DNA from: an uncultured Chromatiaceae bacterium | Lineage (GTDB): Bacteria; Pseudomonadota; Gammaproteobacteria; Tenderiales; Tenderiaceae | Direction of reading: 5' to 3' | NCBI GenBank assembly: GCA_945787735.1 | Contig: CALZIQ010000003.1 | Span: 9,513 to 73,512 of the forward strand | DNA length: 64,000 nucleotides | Shown here: positions 60,829-64,000 of the stretch, one piece after another | Position numbering within the stretch: the stretch's first letter is position 1 | Layout of the letters: each line of letters starts with the position of its first letter | Program-made: the position numbers and the translations under genes | Notes under the pieces: generated by a model | Database searches by the model: none | Told to the model about the DNA's origin: nothing | Seen by the model: the letters and a program-made list of their open reading frames with translations, nothing else

Positions 60829-61094
60829 AGGGTCTGTTGTGGTTTCATTTCTGTCACTGTTGTGTCTGAAAATGCGCCAATCAAGGCGCGAGGAGCGCGG
60901 TTTGGTGATTCCAAATAAGCGACGAGCAACGCCGAGTGGCGCATTTTCAGCCGCAACCCGGAGGGCTGGGCCGCTTTTCCCATCCCACTGCGTTGTCAGT
61001 CGCTTATGTAGATTAACTACACTGCGCGTCTTCCGCCTTGCGGGATGAAAAAAGTGGCGCCAGCAGTGACAGAAATGAAACCTCAACAGACCCT
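60829..61094. mobile_element. 266-bp MITE-like element with 31-nt terminal inverted repeats; no ORF
   Basis: AGGGTCTGTTGTGGTTTCATTTCTGTCACTG (60829-60859) matches the reverse complement of 61064-61094 at 30/31. An internal perfect 13-nt inverted repeat CTGAAAATGCGCC (60866-60878) pairs with GGCGCATTTTCAG (60938-60950). Confidence 0.75.
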
Positions 61095-61095
61095 G

Positions 61096-62589
61096 ATGAC
61101 ACGCGAAGAATTCGACGCCCTCGCAGCCGAGGGATATAACCGCATCCCAGTGATGCGCGAAGTGCTGGCGGATATGGATACGCCGCTAAGCACTTATCTC
61201 AAATTGGCCAACGGGCCATACTCCTACCTGTTTGAATCCGTCGAAGGCGGCGAAAAATGGGGCCGTTATTCAATCATTGGTCTGCCCTGCCGCACTGTGC
61301 TGCGCGTGCGTGGTCATGAGATGACGGTGGAGCATGAAGGCACGGAACTGGGTGTGACAACCGCCGAAGATCCCTTGGCCGCCATTGAGGCATTTCGTGA
61401 AGAGTTTAAGGTGCCCGAAGTAGCAGGCTTGCCCCGTTTTACAGGCGGACTGGTGGGTTACTTTGGTTACGATACGGTGCGTTATATCGAGCCGCGCCTG
61501 GATGGCAAGGCCAATAAAGATAAACTGGATGTGCCGGATATTCTGTTGTTGGTCTCCGACGAGGTGGTGGTGTTCGACAACCTGCGTGGCCGTCTCCATG
61601 TGGTTGTGCATGTTGATCCTTCGGTTAAAGGTGCCTACAAACAGGCGCAGCAACGCCTCGATGATCTAGTTGAACAGTTGCGCAAGCAGAGTCTGCCGTC
61701 GGTCAGCAAAAAGCGCGGCCGCAAGGTCAAGGAGCGTGATTTCAGATCTGGTTTCAGACGCTCAGATTTCGAAGCGGGCGTCGATAAAATCAAAGACTAT
61801 ATCGTTGAAGGCGATTGCATGCAGGTGGTGTTGTCGCAACGCCTTTCTATACCTTTTAAGTCCGAACCGCTGGACCTCTATCGTGCCTTGCGTGGCCTGA
61901 ATCCATCACCTTATATGTTCTACCTCAACCTGGAAGAATTTCATGTGGCCGGTTCTTCACCCGAAATCCTGGCGCGCTTGGAAGACGGTGAAGTCACGGT
62001 GCGGCCCATTGCCGGTACTCGGCCACGTGGGGAAACACCTGAGCAGGATCTTGAGTTGGAGAAAGACCTTCTGGCCGATCCGAAAGAACTGGCTGAACAT
62101 CTGATGCTGATCGATCTTGGTCGTAACGATGCCGGTCGTGTCGCGGAAATCGGCACGGTGAAGGTTACCGATAAGATGGAGATCGAGCGCTACTCCCATG
62201 TGATGCACATCGTTTCCAACGTCACCGGCAAGCTTAAACCCGGTCTGAATGCAATTGATGTGCTGCGCGCGACATTTCCCGCTGGAACATTGTCGGGTGC
62301 GCCTAAGATTCGCGCCATGGAAATCATCGATGAGCTGGAGCCGGTCAAGCGTGGTATCTACGGTGGTGCCATCGGTTACATTGGCTGGAACGGCAACATG
62401 GATACCGCCATTGCCATTCGCACCGCGGTGATTAAGGATGGCAAGCTCCACATTCAGGCGGGTGCTGGTGTGGTGGCGGATTCGGTGCCAAGAAATGAAT
62501 GGGACGAGACCATGAACAAAGGACGTGCCATTTTCCGCGCCGTGGCCATGGCCGAAGCCGGTTTGGACAACATTGGTAAGGGGGGCTAG
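61096..62589 (+). CDS. trpE: Anthranilate synthase component I
   Basis: '[19 protein letters not shown]' aligns with the N-terminus of Pseudomonas TrpE. '[14 protein letters not shown]', '[15 protein letters not shown]' and 'GGAIGY' are present. The track ORF starts at 61045, inside the MITE. Confidence 0.92.
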   Translation: MTREEFDALAAEGYNRIPVMREVLADMDTPLSTYLKLANGPYSYLFESVEGGEKWGRYSIIGLPCRTVLRVRGHEMTVEHEGTELGVTTAEDPLAAIEAFREEFKVPEVAGLPRFTGGLVGYFGYDTVRYIEPRLDGKANKDKLDVPDILLLVSDEVVVFDNLRGRLHVVVHVDPSVKGAYKQAQQRLDDLVEQLRKQSLPSVSKKRGRKVKERDFRSGFRRSDFEAGVDKIKDYIVEGDCMQVVLSQRLSIPFKSEPLDLYRALRGLNPSPYMFYLNLEEFHVAGSSPEILARLEDGEVTVRPIAGTRPRGETPEQDLELEKDLLADPKELAEHLMLIDLGRNDAGRVAEIGTVKVTDKMEIERYSHVMHIVSNVTGKLKPGLNAIDVLRATFPAGTLSGAPKIRAMEIIDELEPVKRGIYGGAIGYIGWNGNMDTAIAIRTAVIKDGKLHIQAGAGVVADSVPRNEWDETMNKGRAIFRAVAMAEAGLDNIGKGG

Positions 62590-62591
62590 TT

Positions 62592-63182
62592 ATGCTGTTG
62601 ATGATTGATAACTACGATTCCTTCACCTATAACCTGGTGCAATATTTTGGTGAGCTAGGCGCCGATGTGCAGGTCTATCGCAACGATCAAATTACGGTGG
62701 AACAGATTGAAGCGCTGGCGCCAAAACACTTGGTGATTTCCCCGGGGCCTTGCACACCGAACGAGGCGGGTATCTCGATTGAGGTCATCAATCGCTTTGC
62801 CGGCAAGATTCCCATTCTTGGCGTTTGCCTGGGACATCAAAGTATCGGCCAGGCCTTCGGTGGCAACATCGTACATGCCAAACAGATCATGCATGGCAAG
62901 ACCTCGATGGTGAAACACAAAGATATTGGTGTCTTCAAAGGTCTGACTAACCCGCTCGAGGTAACGCGTTACCACTCGCTGGTCATTGAGCAGGCGAGTT
63001 TGCCTGAGTGTCTCGAGATTACTGCCTGGACCGAAACGGCGGAAGGCGAGACCGACGAGATCATGGGCGTGCGCCATAAAGAGTTGTCTGTGGAAGGCGT
63101 GCAATTTCATCCCGAGTCAATCCTGACCCAGCATGGCCATGATATGCTGAAAAACTTTCTCGAACAGGCAGGGAGCCTCTGA
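62592..63182 (+). CDS. trpG: Anthranilate synthase component II (glutamine amidotransferase)
   Basis: '[14 protein letters not shown]', 'GVCLGHQ' and 'GVQFHPES'. Confidence 0.93.
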   Translation: MLLMIDNYDSFTYNLVQYFGELGADVQVYRNDQITVEQIEALAPKHLVISPGPCTPNEAGISIEVINRFAGKIPILGVCLGHQSIGQAFGGNIVHAKQIMHGKTSMVKHKDIGVFKGLTNPLEVTRYHSLVIEQASLPECLEITAWTETAEGETDEIMGVRHKELSVEGVQFHPESILTQHGHDMLKNFLEQAGSL

Positions 63183-63187
63183 TCAAT

Positions 63188-63331
63188 TCATGAACGGCTG
63201 CTCTGAGCCCAAAATGCCCAACTTCTGCGTTGCAAATCTTGGCAATGGACTCGCTATTACCTGCGTTTTGCGCCTTGAATTTGAACATTTTGAATCTCAT
63301 ATCAGCTCGCCCAGAATCAATCATAGGCTCC
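63188..63331 (+). repeat. Copy 2 of the ~143-bp palindromic intergenic repeat, filling the trpG-trpD spacer
   Basis: See copy 1 (17687-17828): same orientation and shared 23-mer and terminal 13-mer. The arms AAAATGCCCAACTTC and GAATTTGAACATTTT are partially complementary. Confidence 0.85.
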
Positions 63332-63352
63332 CAAGATAAAAGGACTGAGTGT

Positions 63353-64000
63353 ATGGATATGCAAAGCGCAATTCGTGCCGTAACCGAAGGCAATAATCTA
63401 ATGGCCGACGAGATGCATTCGGTGATGCGGCTGATCATGACGGGTGAAGCAACCCAGGCGCAGATTGGGGGGTTTCTCATCGGTCTTCGTATGAAAGGCG
63501 AAACGGTGGATGAGATTGCCGCTGCCGCCCAAGTGATGCGCGAGCTGGCTACGCCGGTCAAGATTTCCGCTGAGCATCTGGTCGATACCTGTGGCACAGG
63601 GGGGGATGCCTCTGGCGCCTTTAACATCTCCACTGCCTCGGCCTTTGTTGTCGCCGCAGCGGGTGCGAAGGTGGCCAAGCATGGCAACCGTTCCATCTCG
63701 AGCAAGTCCGGCAGTGCCGATGTGCTTGAAGCCGCCGGGGTCAGTCTCGATCTGACAGCAGAACAAGTTGCGCAGTGTGTTGAAGAAGTGGGTGTCGGCT
63801 TTATGTTTGCGCCCAAACACCACGGCGCCATGAAACACGCCATTGGTCCACGCAAAGAAATGGGCGTGCGTACTATATTTAATGTGCTCGGCCCCTTGAC
63901 CAATCCGGCCGGTGCGCCGAATCAGGTGTTGGGTGTCTTTAGTGCTCAGTGGCTGGAGCCGTTGGCCCAAGTGCTGGGTCGTCTTGGTAGCCGCCATGTG
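63353..64000 (+). CDS. trpD: Anthranilate phosphoribosyltransferase, 3'-truncated by the window edge
   Basis: Not in the ORF track because there is no stop in the window. ATG 63353 opens '[16 protein letters not shown]...[16 protein letters not shown]...DTCGTGGD....NISTA...[24 protein letters not shown]', which is classic TrpD. The frame stays open to nt 64000. Confidence 0.92.
   Translation, partial: MDMQSAIRAVTEGNNLMADEMHSVMRLIMTGEATQAQIGGFLIGLRMKGETVDEIAAAAQVMRELATPVKISAEHLVDTCGTGGDASGAFNISTASAFVVAAAGAKVAKHGNRSISSKSGSADVLEAAGVSLDLTAEQVAQCVEEVGVGFMFAPKHHGAMKHAIGPRKEMGVRTIFNVLGPLTNPAGAPNQVLGVFSAQWLEPLAQVLGRLGSRHV

Noticed and set aside
60829-61094. Retron msr/msd-like or group II intron remnant as an explanation for the inverted-repeat element
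   Set aside because: No reverse transcriptase or intron-encoded ORF lies nearby and no recognisable domain V/VI-like sequence is present. Long perfect terminal inverted repeats fit a MITE better.
63061-63997. 280-aa and 199-aa minus-strand ORFs at the right end of the window
   Set aside because: Both are antisense to trpD (+ strand, classic 'CGTGGD...KHGNRS' sequence) and to the repeat element. They are Ala/Ser/Pro/Arg-rich shadow frames. The ORF track omits trpD only because it has no stop in the window.

Overview
This is a chromosomal window, most likely from a gammaproteobacterium, inferred from gene order and protein similarity to E. coli and Pseudomonas. Hand counts of core genes give roughly 48-55% G+C. 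It is almost wall-to-wall conserved housekeeping synteny, in this order:
- ubiB (5'-truncated), an orphan ORF, yajL and a DUF488 gene
- yibQ-ctpA-envC-gpmI on the minus strand
- a BigR/SqrR-like ArsR regulator, rhodanese (yibN), secB and gpsA
- a tight murU-like / GCS2 carboxylate-amine ligase / AstE-AspA-like operon
- ydcH-like gene, cca, an NDUFA9-like SDR and a Sad/YneI-like aldehyde dehydrogenase
- a small low-GC accessory patch (about 19.2-22.2 kb) holding a decayed PP-loop ATPase pseudogene, an orphan membrane protein, a diverged copy of the maf 5' end and a fatty-acid-hydroxylase-family gene
- maf-rng-yhdP, an acidic secreted orphan, a C-N hydrolase, tldD, yjgA and pmbA
- mlaFED, a TolC-like gene, mlaCB, ibaG, murA, hisGDCBHAFIE and tatABC
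- a degS-like gene and a nif3-like gene
- a complete Alternative Complex III cluster (actA-B1-B2-C-D-E-F)
- a small K+ channel, a DUF3530-like hydrolase, then rpe-gph-trpE-trpG-trpD (3'-truncated)

I recognised no rRNA, tRNA, CRISPR array, integrase or transposase.

Non-coding structure not explained by genes:
- a 266-bp MITE-like element with 31-nt terminal inverted repeats, abutting the trpE start codon
- a ~143-bp palindromic repeat family with two clear copies (SDR/aldehyde-DH spacer and trpG-trpD spacer)
- a REP-like 21-bp hairpin plus T8 directly upstream of pmbA
- a ~210-bp diverged direct duplication of the maf 5' region bracketing the fatty-acid-hydroxylase gene

I did not find a convincing self-contained, clearly novel multi-gene system. 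The best candidates for follow-up are:
- the TolC-like gene translationally coupled inside the mla operon
- the murU-GCS2-M14 operon
- the low-GC patch at maf
- the orphan ORF at 1551-2390
- the repeat elements embedded in the trp operon
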